Source: Octopus sinensis (Eukaryota). Taken from it: a DNA stretch of 64,000 nt. Shown here piece after piece: positions 25,381-37,797 of this stretch. A program made the translations under genes and the position numbers. Below the pieces are notes generated by a model, which searched no databases, was not told where the DNA came from, and saw nothing but the letters and a program-made list of their open reading frames with translations. The stretch spans positions 7,998,001-8,062,000 of the forward strand of contig NC_043018.1 of assembly GCF_006345805.1 (NCBI RefSeq), given 5' to 3'. Each line of letters begins with the position of its first letter. The stretch's first letter is position 1.

Positions 25381-25447
25381 ACAAGGAACTTATATTTGAT
25401 ATATATATATATATCAAATAGAATCAAAAACAGAAAACAAAGGATAT

Positions 25448-25536
25448 CACGGTACACATGTTTCAAGCTTTATAAACGACCCGTTCTTACATCAGTAGTT
25501 GATATAAAAGATGGTTTAAAGCTCTCTTCAGCCGCA
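25448..25536 (-). ncRNA. Minimal hammerhead ribozyme motif
   Basis: TGCGG-CTGAAGA-GAGCTTTA...TAAAGCTT-GAAA-CATGTG-TA^CCGTG. Confidence 0.75.
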
Positions 25537-25953
25537 AACATTATTATTCCAAAGAGTTACATCACACTATAAAAAATATGAAAAGTACATGTAATATTAC
25601 CCATTATAATAGGTATATCATATCTCCCTGAGAAAGTGTATTTGTAAAATTTCGTAACTGTATAAATGTATAAAGATTCATTGGATTTCGAAAATCTGCC
25701 CATACTGTATCACCAGTCAACATAGAGTGAATGTTAAATAATTGGGATGTGTTTGTATTCACTTCTCTTGTAAAGATAGGAAGTAAAATAGAAAGAAAAA
25801 GAAGGGGTCATTTATAAAGCTTGGAACACATGTACCGCGATATCCTTTGTGTTCTGTTTTTGATTTTATTTGATATATTCCCTCCTACCTCTGTCACTAT
25901 CTGGCATATACAGGTGCTTACACTTATCAAGTATTCACCCTAAATTTACCGTA

Positions 25954-25997
<44 letters not shown>

Positions 25998-26160
25998 GGA
26001 GTAAACACATAAATGTGAAACAAGGTGGAAAAAAGAGTACTCAAATACCAGTGGTAGAGTAATATGCTTTATTTAAAGCAGCAGAAAATCCAACAAAACC
26101 TGTTACTCTGAGTTTCACTTTTCCGTTCGTCGGAAAGTTTTTGCTAGATTCTAGCAAAAA

Positions 26161-26198
26161 CTGTCCGACGAACGGAAACGTGAAACTCAGAGTAACAG
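26161..26198 (+). ncRNA. Compact hammerhead-like motif with CCGACGA core in fold-back element 26067-26231
   Basis: CTGT-CCGACGA-ACG-GAAA-CGT-GAAA-CTCAGAG-TA^ACAG. Confidence 0.55.
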
Positions 26199-27275
26199 GT
26201 TTTGTTGGATTTTCTGCTGCTTTAAATAAAGTATATATATATATATATTTGCGAAGGTGTCATTAATTCTATTATTATCCAATGTAACAATTTTAAAAAT
26301 GATAATAACAGAATCAATGACACAGGCAATAGCAGGCCCAAAATAGCATTAATTAGGCGACGGATTAAAATTAATCAAAGGATATAGTAAGTATGTCTGC
26401 CTGCTTGAAATAACAGTCAAAACTGATGGTCTTCTACAGACAACCGTGCCCAGACTTGTGCCTCCAAGCGGAACTTTCTAGGTGCAATCTCATGGTCATT
26501 CATGACCAAAAGGGGTTCTTTACCCTTTTTATATAATTTTGTTTACAAACAAATGCACTGAGGTATCATAGAAATGAAGATGAGTGAAAGGATGTACAAG
26601 TAAATAATACTTAAATTATGACTGGAGAAACTAATTAAGTTGTTTTCATTAATTATGGTCCTATGTGTGTGTATATATACACTACCGTCAGAAATTAATT
26701 AGCACCCTTGATTTGCTCTTCACTCAAGGTATGTGCTGGCACCTAGTAGCCATATCTCGAACTATTGCTTTGTTGCGAGTTCACTGTTGCGCAGAACGAT
26801 GACATAACTTTGTTTGCAGAGCATTTTGAGAGTCTACAGCCTTATGATGTTGACATAGCAGTGCAACAAATTGGAGTGCGGATGCAGACAAATCTTCCTT
26901 TGTTTAATAGATATAGGTAGCGCCTCGCAAGGACCGAAATCACACCATACTAAGTTTTCTCATCGCGTAAGACATTTTGAACAGCTCATATGTTAATTGA
27001 TTTAACCTATTTAATGTAGAAATTTGAGAAGTGCTAATTAATTTCTGCCGCAAGTGTATATATATATATATATATATATATACACTACTAATATAGGATG
27101 AAGTTTTTTTCTCTGCAGAAAAAAATTCCATCAAGAAATGTGGCACCATATTAAAATACCTTCAGTTCGATTTTTGCTGTAGCGAGTAGATTATATGTGG
27201 AAATTGACGATTTAATAGTCTGTTATCAGCATATTGGCTTTGAAATAATTTTCTTTAGCCCTTACTTATAAGTTG

Positions 27276-27307
<32 letters not shown>

Positions 27308-27339
27308 ATCAAAATAAGCAACAAGTATATCTAAGGTAG

Positions 27340-27428
27340 AGTAGTACAATTGTTTCATGCTACTTCATTTTATTAAACACTGTAAGTATTACATCAGTTT
27401 TAAAATGTCGAGCAATCTTCAGCCACTT
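27340..27428 (-). ncRNA. Hammerhead ribozyme motif, same element family as 3196
   Basis: AGTGG-CTGAAGA-TTGCT...AGCAT-GAAA-CAATTG-TA^CTACT; loop II homologous to the 3196 copy while stems differ with pairing kept. Confidence 0.7.
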
Positions 27429-28269
27429 ATAGAATTTTCCAATCAAACGGACAATGCACATTCTTATCTCTATTTCATTTGCCAACATTATAAAGAGGGT
27501 AGGAAGTAGCATGAAACAATTGTACTACTCTACCTCCGATATACTTGTTGCTTATTTTGATTATAATCACCCCATTTGATTTATATGGATAATACTATAC
27601 AAAATTCTGGTGCCTTTGACTTAAGTACCATATTCATCTGAATCTAAATTTTGCTGAACTTATATATATATATATATATATATATATTACACACAAACAC
27701 ATATTTTATTTTGTATGTTTATATGTATAGGATTTGATTTTCTAATGTTTCCTTTCCTAATTTAAACCAGTAGAGTACTATCAGAGGGAAACTTCACTGT
27801 TATATATAGTATGTCACAGAGCTTGTACCTTGCAGGTGAAATTTCTAGGTGCAATACCGACGGCCATATATGACCGAAAGGGATCTTTCCTCTTTTACTG
27901 TATAATGATAATATCATTTGGGAAAAAATTGTAATCTTTATATATAAAACTGAAGTTGTGTGAGACTCTGACACCTCCGATTTAGATTCCTAACTACTCC
28001 CACATTTTGTGGTGCAGTTTAACCAAAAGTGGGTATCTTATAGTCATGATTCATATCGAGCCCTTCTGGGTAGTAGTGCGCGTCTACGATGAGTCTACGA
28101 TTTTAAAAAAATTGACCATCATTTTTTCGCATTTTTTGCCTGGTATATATAAGGGAAGTAACTCTCTAAAAATGCTTATATAGTTATTTCCCTTACAAAC
28201 CCGAGCAACGCCGGGCGATACTGCTAGTTTAAAATAATTTTAAATGCTATTTTCTTCCTCTCTATATAG

Positions 28270-28425
28270 GATGGAATGTTTGCCGTTCGAAAAAGTAACC
28301 AAAAAAGCAGTTTCCATAGTTATTCCCTGACATTTTACCATAGGGGCCAAATATATAACTTCCCAATACGTACTCGAGTATCAGATAAAAAATTTGCCCT
28401 GGGCTACGAGAAACCAAATGAACCT
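28270..28425 (+). CDS. SH2 domain core exon: DGMFAVRKSNQKSSFHSYSLTFYHRGQIYNFPIRTRVSDKKFALGYEKPNEP
   Basis: tctatatag acceptor, CCT|gtgagt donor; DGxFxVRKS (FLVR-equivalent Arg), YSL..F, IYNFPIR and FALG match the BLNK/SLP-76 SH2 pattern. Confidence 0.92.
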
Positions 28426-30352
28426 GTGAGTAATTTTATATATTATTTATTTTGCCTTTTATCTTCTTGTGTTTTACTTGTTTCATTTATTAGACCGTGG
28501 CTATGCTGGGGCAACACCTTGAAGTATTTTTAGTCAACTGAATGGAACCCAGCACTTGTTTTTATCTAAGCCTGGTACTTATTCTATCAGTCTCTTTTGC
28601 CGAACCGCTGAGTTACAGGGACATAAACACATGGACACTGGTTACCAAGTAGAGGTGGGGGACAGACACAAAGACACACACACACACGCATGCATGCACA
28701 CACACACACACACAGACGCACACGCACACACACACACACACGCACACACACATGTATGATGGGCTTCTTTTAGTTTCCGTCTACCAAATCGTCTCACAAA
28801 GCTTTGGTTGGCCCTGGGCTATAACAGATGACACTCACTCAACGTACTATGCAGTGGGACTGAACCCAAAACCATGTGGTTGGCAAGCAAGCTTCTTACC
28901 ACACAGCCATGCCATTATGTTTCACTGTCCCCATCAACATTTTTGTGTAGAATACTTTTCCAAAATTTGAACTCTTTTGCAAGTATTAATTCCTTTCTTT
29001 CTCAAGACACCCACCACCCATCACCTCTCTAACTGCAGTTCATTTTCCTTTCAACCCAGAACCAGTTCACTTGTTACCCATCCTTCATTAATACTGATGA
29101 TCTCCACCCATACTTTCATTAACCACACCACCACAACCTGTTTCTTTATTGCCCACAAGGGGCTAAACATAGAGTGGACAAACAAGGACAGACAAACGGA
29201 TTAAGTCGATTATATCGACCCCAGTGCATAACTGGTACTTAATTTATCGACCCCGAAAGGATGAAAGGCAAAGTCGACCTCGGCGGAATTTGAACTCAGA
29301 ACGCAACGACAGACGAAATACCGCTAAGCATTTCGTCCAGTGTGCTAACGATTCTGCCACCACAACCACCATATGCCTTGCCCTCCTCATACACCGTGCC
29401 TGCCTCTCTCTCTCTCTTTCTCTATCTACCCCTGCAACCGACCCAAGAACGTGTCATCTCCCCACTTTCAACCCCATATTTACCATATCATAATTTCTAA
29501 TCTGCTCTTCCCTGTTCTCCTGGCACCCCTGACCCATCCAGTCCTCTGTCATGTGATGTCAAAGTAGGTAAGACACACAGACATACAAGATGGACGATGG
29601 TTACATGAGAGTGACAAGAGTGTTTCCTCTCTTGTCCTGTTTTCCAGTTTTTTCTCGTTGTTCAAATTTTTCCTTCATTTGTTTACATATTTCATGTTAT
29701 TTGCACTGTTGGTGATGTCCTGTACCCATATATGCATATATATATATATATATTATTTATTGTTATACACACACACACACACACATACATATATCATCAT
29801 CATCATCATCATCATTTAGCGTCCGCTTTCCATGCTGGCATGGGTTGGAAGGTTCAACTGGGGTCTGGGAAGCCAGAAGGCTACACCAGGACCAGTCTGA
29901 TCTGGCAATGTTTCTACAGCTGGATGCCCTTCCTAATGCCAACCACTCCGTGAGTGTAGTGGGGGCTTTTTACGTGCCAGACGGGGCTGGCAAACGGCCA
30001 CAGTCGGATGGTGCTTTTTACGTGCCACCAGCACGGAGGCCTGTCGGGGCAGCACTGGCAACGGCCACGATTCGGATGGTCCGCTAACATGCCACCGGCA
30101 CTGGTATCACTGGTATATATGTATGTATGTATGTATGTATGTTTGTAATCATCTTTGTCCTTCATCAACAAAAACCCTCAAGTACTGTAAATTTTAGGCC
30201 TTTGTATACCAATGTTAGAAATCTGTATTAAACTAGAAACATTGATTATTAAACAAGAAAAATATACAAAATTATAATTAATTTATTACAGAAATTAGTT
30301 TCAGTCCATTTCTTTACTTGCTTATTTATTTATTTATTTTTATCTTTTGCAG

Positions 30353-30460
30353 GCTTTTTCCAGTTTAGAGAAACTTGTGGCTTATTTCAATGAAAACAAG
30401 ATCAAACTTGCAAATAATGATTTGGCTATCTTAACAAAACCCCTACCGAAATTCAGCTGA
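30353..30460 (+). CDS. SH2 adaptor terminal coding exon: AFSSLEKLVAYFNENKIKLANNDLAILTKPLPKFS-stop
   Basis: tcttttgcag acceptor; FxSLxxLVxYF alphaB helix and L.KPL end; TGA at 30458-30460. The 11 exons sum to 800 nt with no in-frame stop before it. Confidence 0.9.
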   Translation, partial: AFSSLEKLVAYFNENKIKLANNDLAILTKPLPKFS

Positions 30461-30550
30461 ATTTCATCAATTTCATCAACAAGCATATTCTCTGTAAATA
30501 CTAATTTCACATAGGAATGTTTAATGACTAATATAAACAGATGGTAAACA

Positions 30551-30587
<37 letters not shown>

Positions 30588-31380
30588 CAATGATGATGAT
30601 AATGGCGCCAATGATAATGATGATGATCATGATGAGATTCAAACTTGCTGTGTCGGTGGATCCAGTGTTTGGATGAAGGGACCTTCCATGCAAGAGAGTA
30701 TTAAGGGCAGGTCAATTAGTAATTTCCATTTTGTCATGGCTTCCTACTCACATTCCTCCTAAAGAGGCAACGACAGCTTGGAGCTTCTTGCAGTAGAACA
30801 AGACAATTTGACACAGCTAAGTGGACATTCGATGTGTCTTGGTAATTGTAGTTTTTGGAACTAGAGGCAAACACACACACACACACACACACACTCTTAT
30901 AGATAAGGCAATGAGCTGGCAGAATAGTTAGCATGCTAGACGAAATGCTTCGCAGCATTTTGTCCATCTTTACATTCTGAGTTCAACTTCCACCAGGATT
31001 AATTTTACCTTTCGTCCTTTCAAGGTCGATAAAATAAGTACCAGTGAAATACTGGGCTCAATGTAATCAACTAGTACTCTTCTCCATAAGTTCAGGCCTT
31101 GTACCTTTAGTAGAAAGAATTATTATTATTAAGGCAGCGAGCTGGTAGAATCATTAACATGGCAGACGAAATGCTTAGTGGAATTTCGCCCATCGCTACG
31201 TTCTGAGTTCAAATTCCACCAAGGTCAACTTTGCCTTTCATCCTTTCAGAGCTGATAAATTAAGTACCAGTTGAACACTGGGGTCGATGTAATTGACTAG
31301 TCCCCTCCCACAAAATTTCAGGCCATTTGCCTTGAGTAGAAGGGATTATTATTATTATTGTTGTTGTTGTTATTAAGGTG

Positions 31381-31685
31381 TGGAGGCACAATGGCCCAGT
31401 GGTTAGGGCAGCGGACTCGTGGTCATAGGATCGTGGTTTCGATTCTCAGACCAGGCGTTGTGAGTGTTTATTGAGCGAAAATATCTAAAGCTCCACGAGG
31501 CTCCTGCAGGGGGTGGTGGCGATCCCTGCTGTACTCTTTCGCCACAATTTTCTCTCATTCTTTCTTCTGCTCGCTTAGCCAGCGGGGTGGCGTCATTTGA
31601 AGGCTAAAACAATGCAAAGCACATTGTGACCAACGATGTGTAGCAACATCTGATAGCCTGGTCAGTCACGGTGATCACAGTGATT
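31381..31685 (+). mobile_element. tRNA-derived SINE family E; others 43165-43452(-), 53824-54128
   Basis: ggcccagtggttaggg A box, ggtttcgattc B box, three similar copies. Confidence 0.85.
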
Positions 31686-32949
31686 ATTAAGGTGGCAAGC
31701 TGGCAGGATATTTAGCATGCCAGGCTCGGTGACCATTTCATCTGTCTGTACATTCTGAGTTCAAATTTCACCAAGGTTGACTTTCATCCTTTCGGATACT
31801 GACTGGCCTTGGCCTTGTGCCAAAGTCTGAAATCAATATACACTTAGAGATAGAAAGAGAGAGAGATACAGAGGGATTTTATAATTTATTAATTGGCTAC
31901 AAGTGACATAAACACTTTGCCTCTTCTGAAATACTCAAACATATAAGCAGAGAGATGGGTGAGAGAGAGAGAGAGAGAACAAAGGAAACATTAAAACATC
32001 TAATTTCAAATGAGTCAGCATCGAATCAGTGATGCCAAATGAATATCAATAAAATGGTTGCCAAAATATTTTCTGGCTTGCCGTAGGTGCTACGAGTAAC
32101 AGGGCATTGATTTTGCTTGTTCTTCATATCGGTGTATTTAATCGGCTGAGCAAGGTTTTAATTTCAGTGTGTATTTATTTAGATGGCAAAGCTGGAGTGG
32201 CTGTGTGGTAAGTAGCTTGCTTACCAACCACATGGTTCCGGGTTCAGTCCCACTGCGTGGCATCTTGGGCAAGTGTCTTCTGCTGTAGCCCCGGGCCGAC
32301 CAAAGCCTTGTGAGTGGATTTGGTAGACGGAAACTGAAAGAAGCCTGTCGTATATATGTGTTTGTGTGTCTGTGTTTGTCCCCCTAGCATTGCTTGACAA
32401 CCGATGCTGGTGTGTTTATGTCCCCGTTACTTAGCGGTTCGGCAAAAGAGACCGATAGAATAAGTACTGGGCCTACAAAGAATAAGTCCCGCGGTCGATT
32501 TGCTCGACTAAAGGCGGTGCTCCAGCATGGCCGCGGTCAAATGACTGAAACAAGTAAAAGAGTATATATTTATCAAACATTCATAAGTTAATTATTCCTT
32601 TGTATACTTCTTTGGCCATTTTGTTTAACCCTTTAGTATTCAGATTATTCAATCAAACATAATGCTTATTGATTTCCATTGATTTGAATTAATCATGCAT
32701 TATCTCATATCTTCAAGATCTTGATGGTGTAATTACTTAATGTAGAATAACATTGTGGGGTAGGTGTGAGAGCCTGGATCTGGTCAGTTTGAACATAAAA
32801 AAGATTAGCTATTTCGGCCGGATATGGCCGGTTTAAATACTAAAGGGTTAATGTTCCTGTGGAATGCAATGGTATGAAAAGGCACCGAGACGGACAAGGA
32901 TCCTGCATTACCTGCTCAGTAAATGCATTTTTTGCAAGGAACTCTGAGC

Positions 32950-32950
32950 T

Positions 32951-32984
<34 letters not shown>

Positions 32985-33243
32985 TCTTCCTCTCTCTCTC
33001 TCTCTCTCTCTCTCTCCTTCTTCCTCTCTTCCTCTCTCTTTCTTCCTCTCTTCCTCTCTCTTTCTTCCTCTCTTCCTCTCTCTTTCTTCCTCTCTTCCTC
33101 TCTCTCTCTCTTTCTTCCTCTCTTCCTCTCTCTTTCTTCCTCTCTTCCTCTCTCTTTCTTCCCCTCTTCCTCTCTCTTTCTTCCTCCCTTCCTCTTCCTC
33201 TCTCTTTCTTCCTCCCTTCCTCTTCCTCTCTCTCTCTCTCTCT
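32950..33243. repeat. ~300-bp pure CT/GA low-complexity tract
   Basis: Polypyrimidine of (CT)n and CTCTCTTCTTC units. Confidence 0.95.
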
Positions 33244-33879
33244 GACAAATATCATTGAATATTCTTAACAAGAGATTAACTTGTCCAAACTAATATATTT
33301 CTTTACTGCCCACAAAGGGACAAATAAGGACAAGCAAAGGGATTAAGTCGATTACATTGACCCCCAGTGCGTAACTGGTACTTATATAATCGACCCCGAA
33401 AGGATGAAAGACAAAGTCGACCTCGGTGGAATTTGAACTCTGAACATAGCAGCAGATGAAATACCGCTAAGCATTTTGGCCAGCATGCTAATGTTTCTGC
33501 CAGCTAAAATTCAGAACCAATATTATGAAAATTTCAGGCCTTGTGCCTATAGTAGATTGTTATTATTATTCAGCGAGCTGACAGTATCATTAGTACGCTA
33601 GGCAAAATACTTAGCAGTATTTTGTCTGTCCACTTTCTGAGTTCAAATTCTTCTCGAGCCAACTTTACCTTTCATCCTTTCAGGATTGATCAAATAAGGA
33701 CCAGTTGAATTCTAGGGGTTCATGTAATCGATTTATTCCTGCTCCCCAAAATTTCAGGTCAGGTGCCTATAGTAGAAAGGATTATTATCATCATCATCAT
33801 CATTGTCATCATCATCATCATCAGTTTCTTGATTCAAAATTGATCTTATTTTTGGCAGAATTTATGTGGGTAATGAGTT

Positions 33880-34170
33880 ACAACCTGTAACCTAAGATGT
33901 CCACATGATTTCAATAAGCCATCAGGTGCCTAAAACCTTGTTCCAAAGAGGTAAATCTTCTGTAGATGCTATACAAAACATTCCTGTTCCAATCTCCTTT
34001 AACCATTTGTCTATGTTATCACTCAGTCCCTAATGCACCAATTGTCACAGGTGCAGCCTTTACCAATTCCATGTTTCAAATCCTCACAAGCTCAAATTTT
34101 AAGGGGTTGTATTTTGCTCAATTTTCTGTCTATTGTTGTAATATCTTGTTGTGTTCCAAAATACCTCCTT
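33880..34170 (-). mobile_element. Degenerate restriction-like-endonuclease non-LTR retrotransposon 3' end
   Basis: Minus translation ELVRI*NMELVKAAPVTIGALGT resembles the KY..L...W...P(V/I)xxGxLG RLE motif. Confidence 0.6.
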
Positions 34171-34185
34171 GATCATACTAAACAA

Positions 34186-34245
34186 AATTACTAATTTCAT
34201 AATTACTAATTTCATAATTACTAATTTCATAATTACTAATTTCAT
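34186..34245. repeat. 15-bp tandem repeat x4 (aattactaatttcat)
   Basis: Four exact units. Confidence 0.95.
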
Positions 34246-34764
34246 TGATGTACATGTCATCCTGGATCATCAACTCAAAAAAAACCCAAAAAAAACAGAT
34301 TCTCACAAAATTCAATGCAATTAGTTTTGTTTTTATTTTTGCATTTTTTAAAAAATCTAAATTCTTACCTGGTTTCAGTATTTCTTCATAAATGTAAGGT
34401 GCTGAGCTGGCAGAATCAATTAGCACATCGGGCAAAATGCTTAGTGGTATTTTATCCATCTTTGTATGTTGGGTTAAAATTCTTCTGAGGTTGACTTTGC
34501 TTTTCATCCTTCAGAGTCGATAAAATAAGTACCAGTTGAGTACTGGGGTTGATATAATGAATTTGCCTGCTCCACCAAAATTGCTGGACTTGTGCAAAAA
34601 TTGCAGGAGTGGCTGTGTGGTAAGTAGCTTGCTTACCAACCACATGGTTCCGGATTCAGTCCCACTGCATGGCACTTTGGACAAGTGTCTTCTACTATAG
34701 CCTCGGGCCGACCAAAGCCTTGTGAGTGGATTTGATAGACGGAAACTAAAAAAAGCCCGTTGTA

Positions 34765-34809
<45 letters not shown>

Positions 34810-37512
34810 TTGTGTGTCTTTGTTTGTACCCCCAACATCGCTTGACAACCGATGCTGATGTGTTTACATCCCCGTAACTTAGCGGTTCGGCAAAAGAGAC
34901 TGATAGAATGAGTACTAGGCTTACAAAGAATAAGTCCTGAGATTGATTTGCTCAACTAAAGGCAATGCTCCAGCATGGCCACAGTCAAATGACTGAAACA
35001 AGTAAAAGAGTATGCAACTAACTCACTCTTCCTAAAATTACTGGCCCGGTGCCAAAATTCGAAATCATTGTTATTACTATTTTCTTAATATAATTTATTG
35101 TGATATTATTATCAGATCTGTAAGAGTGGCAAAGATAGTAACATGTTCAAATCTTTTCAATCAACTTCAACATTGCATTTTGGTTAGGAGAAAATATTTA
35201 CTATATTCAGCTCAATAGACAACTGTTCCAACACATCATCCATGTTGGCCATTGTCATCGTGCAATATATCCCTGCAGTGCTTTACTGTCCCTACAATGA
35301 AAGCGTTTCTCATCAAGCGCTGGTCCTTCAGTTGCCTTGCCACTTTTGTCCAACCAGCTCTTGATATTGTCCATCAGTTGCATTCTTTGCTTGCCTCTTA
35401 ATCTACTGCTCTCTACTCTTCCTTCCATGCTAATGCTTTCCAAATCTTTGCATCTTGAAATTTCGTGTGAACGTGACCTGGGTGTTATTGTCGACAGCAA
35501 TTTGCACTGGACAAAACACATCACTAAAATTGCCAAGAAGGCTGAGGGTGTCTTGGCATCACTCACCAAGTCCTTTGTGAGCCGCTCTCCGGCTATCTAT
35601 CTGCGGCTTTATATAGCTATGATAAGACCTCACCTGGAGTTTGCATCACCGGTCTGGAACCCCTATCTTGCCCAAGATATTAATCGTCTGGAAGCCATTC
35701 AGCGATGTGCAACCAAAAGAATACCCTCCATCAGGCATTTTCCATATTCTGAATGCCTTACTTCTTTGGGCATGGACACATTGAAACTCCGATGTCTGGC
35801 AGCTGACTTGGCAGACACCCATAAAATTATTAACCATCTTACAAACAATAACTCTGAGCACCTTTTCAAACTCCACCCGTGGGCATATTTACAAAGTCAG
35901 AAAACAGCACAGCTCCCATGACTTCAGGAAACATTTTTTCACGCTAAGAGTTGCTGAAGTATGGAACAAACTGCTGGCATCAGTTGTTAGTTGTCGGAGC
36001 ACTGCATCCTTCAAAACTTCCATGCTTCCTGAGATTCGCCAACACTACACCTGATTTTCTCCCCTCCATACACACGCAAGCATGTATCTGACTCGTACAC
36101 TGTTCACTTCCCAGACATTTGTACATTACTGCATATGCTTTATACGCACTTTTGACAAGTTGTGGTGCACCTGAGCACTGCATACAATAATTTCATTATT
36201 ATTATTATTTATGGCCATAATAGAGGATCTTTTTGTTCCTTCACAATGTTCAGTTGTCTTTCATCTCCTTGTTGTAACACCCAATCATAACATTCCCTTA
36301 TACACCTACATTTCAAATGCATTGATTATGTTAGGTAAAAATTATATTATGCAATAGAAATTATACAGGGTCCAGAGGTCACTAACTGAGTGGGGTACAC
36401 CAAAACCCAAGTTACAGGGGTTGGCAGAGATGACAATTATAGAACTTTTCATTTATTTTTTGAATGGTATTTAGCCTGATTTAATCAACTCATGTTAAAT
36501 GAATTACAGCTAGATTCCATACAGCACTTATTGGTAAGTCATGGTTCTATTCACTGAATGAGACAGTTTGGTGCAGCTGTTTGGAAATGGAAAATTTGGC
36601 ACGACTGACTGGACATTCATTCTGTTTCAGGGACAGTTCTTTCTGACATTAGAGACAAACACATACACACAGGGACACATATGTGCAGAGATTTACAAAT
36701 ACAGGTAAAAAGAGTGTGCGAGAGAGGAAGAGAGACGTTACTATATATTTATTGAACATAACTAATATAAATACCTCAGACACATAAAGTGCAATATACA
36801 CATACACGTTGCGAAGATGAAGAGAACAGCAGAAACGTTAAAACATCAGATGCCAAATTTATCAGTATCAAATCAACTGGGCCAAAACAGCTCATACCCT
36901 ATTCTATTCAACATATATATTTCTTTACTACCCACAAGGGGCTAAACACAGAGGGGATAAACAAGGACAGACAAACAGGTTAAGTCGATTATATCGACCC
37001 CAGTGCATAACTGGTACTTAATTTATTGACCCTGAAAGGATGAAAGGCAAAGTCAACCTTGGCGGAATTTGAACCCAGAACGTAACGGCAGACGAAATAC
37101 AGCTACGCATTTCGCCCGGCGTGCTAGCATTTCTGCCAGCTCGCCGTCTTAACATATATGTTGAGGAATTTACAGTTATACTCGGTATATATATTGGTTG
37201 ACTTTCAGTTATATTAGACTCTTATATTGAGTGAGTCACAGCTCTGTTGGGCACATTACATGTTGAGTAATTTATAAATGTATTCACAGTGCTATATTTT
37301 TTGATGAATTACACAAAAGCAAAGTACATAGCTACAGAATTTCTTTTCAGATATTAGGGTGCCTAATGGAAAATACATTCAAATACTGACCAGGCATGGT
37401 TGTGTGGGTAAGAAGCTTGCCACCTTGGGCAGGTGTTTTCTACTATAGCCTCAGGCCAACGAAAGCCTTGTGAGTGGATTTGGTAGATGGAAACTGAAAG
37501 AAGTCCATCGTG

Positions 37513-37543
<31 letters not shown>

Positions 37544-37688
37544 GTAGGTTTAAGAGACAGAATCACCCTCAAGCAACTCATTCATCATTGAATGACATTA
37601 TCTACAATAGGTACATATAGGACTAAATATTAAAATTATCAAAATTAATACCTATAATTTTTATTTCAAATCATATACTTTATATTAT

Positions 37689-37797
37689 CTAAACTATGCG
37701 CGTTTCATTACAACATATTCCTTGATATTGCTGAAATAGAATGTCTCTAAATACAATACCATATTAAACCGATTATATTGCCAATCTTCAGGTCTAG
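37689..37797 (-). ncRNA. Degenerate hammerhead motif
   Basis: CTAGAC-CTGAAGA-TTG...AAT-GAAA-CGCGCA-TA^GTTTAG; 6-bp stem I intact, stems II and III eroded. Confidence 0.45.

Noticed and set aside
26660-27140. Second Tc1-like element
   Set aside because: Only a TA-flanked TIR-like start (cactaccgtcagaaattaattagcaccc) is recognisable; no transposase motifs or second end could be supported.
32000-32180. Unique-looking segment tested as an exon of a minus-strand gene
   Set aside because: No frame gave a recognisable protein and no chain of partner exons was found.
32840-33271. Several 110-143-aa ERK-rich or SL-rich ORFs
   Set aside because: Products of the GA/CT low-complexity tract.
34186-34245. 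CRISPR-like repeat
   Set aside because: Contiguous tandem units without spacers in eukaryotic DNA; no CRISPR array in the window.
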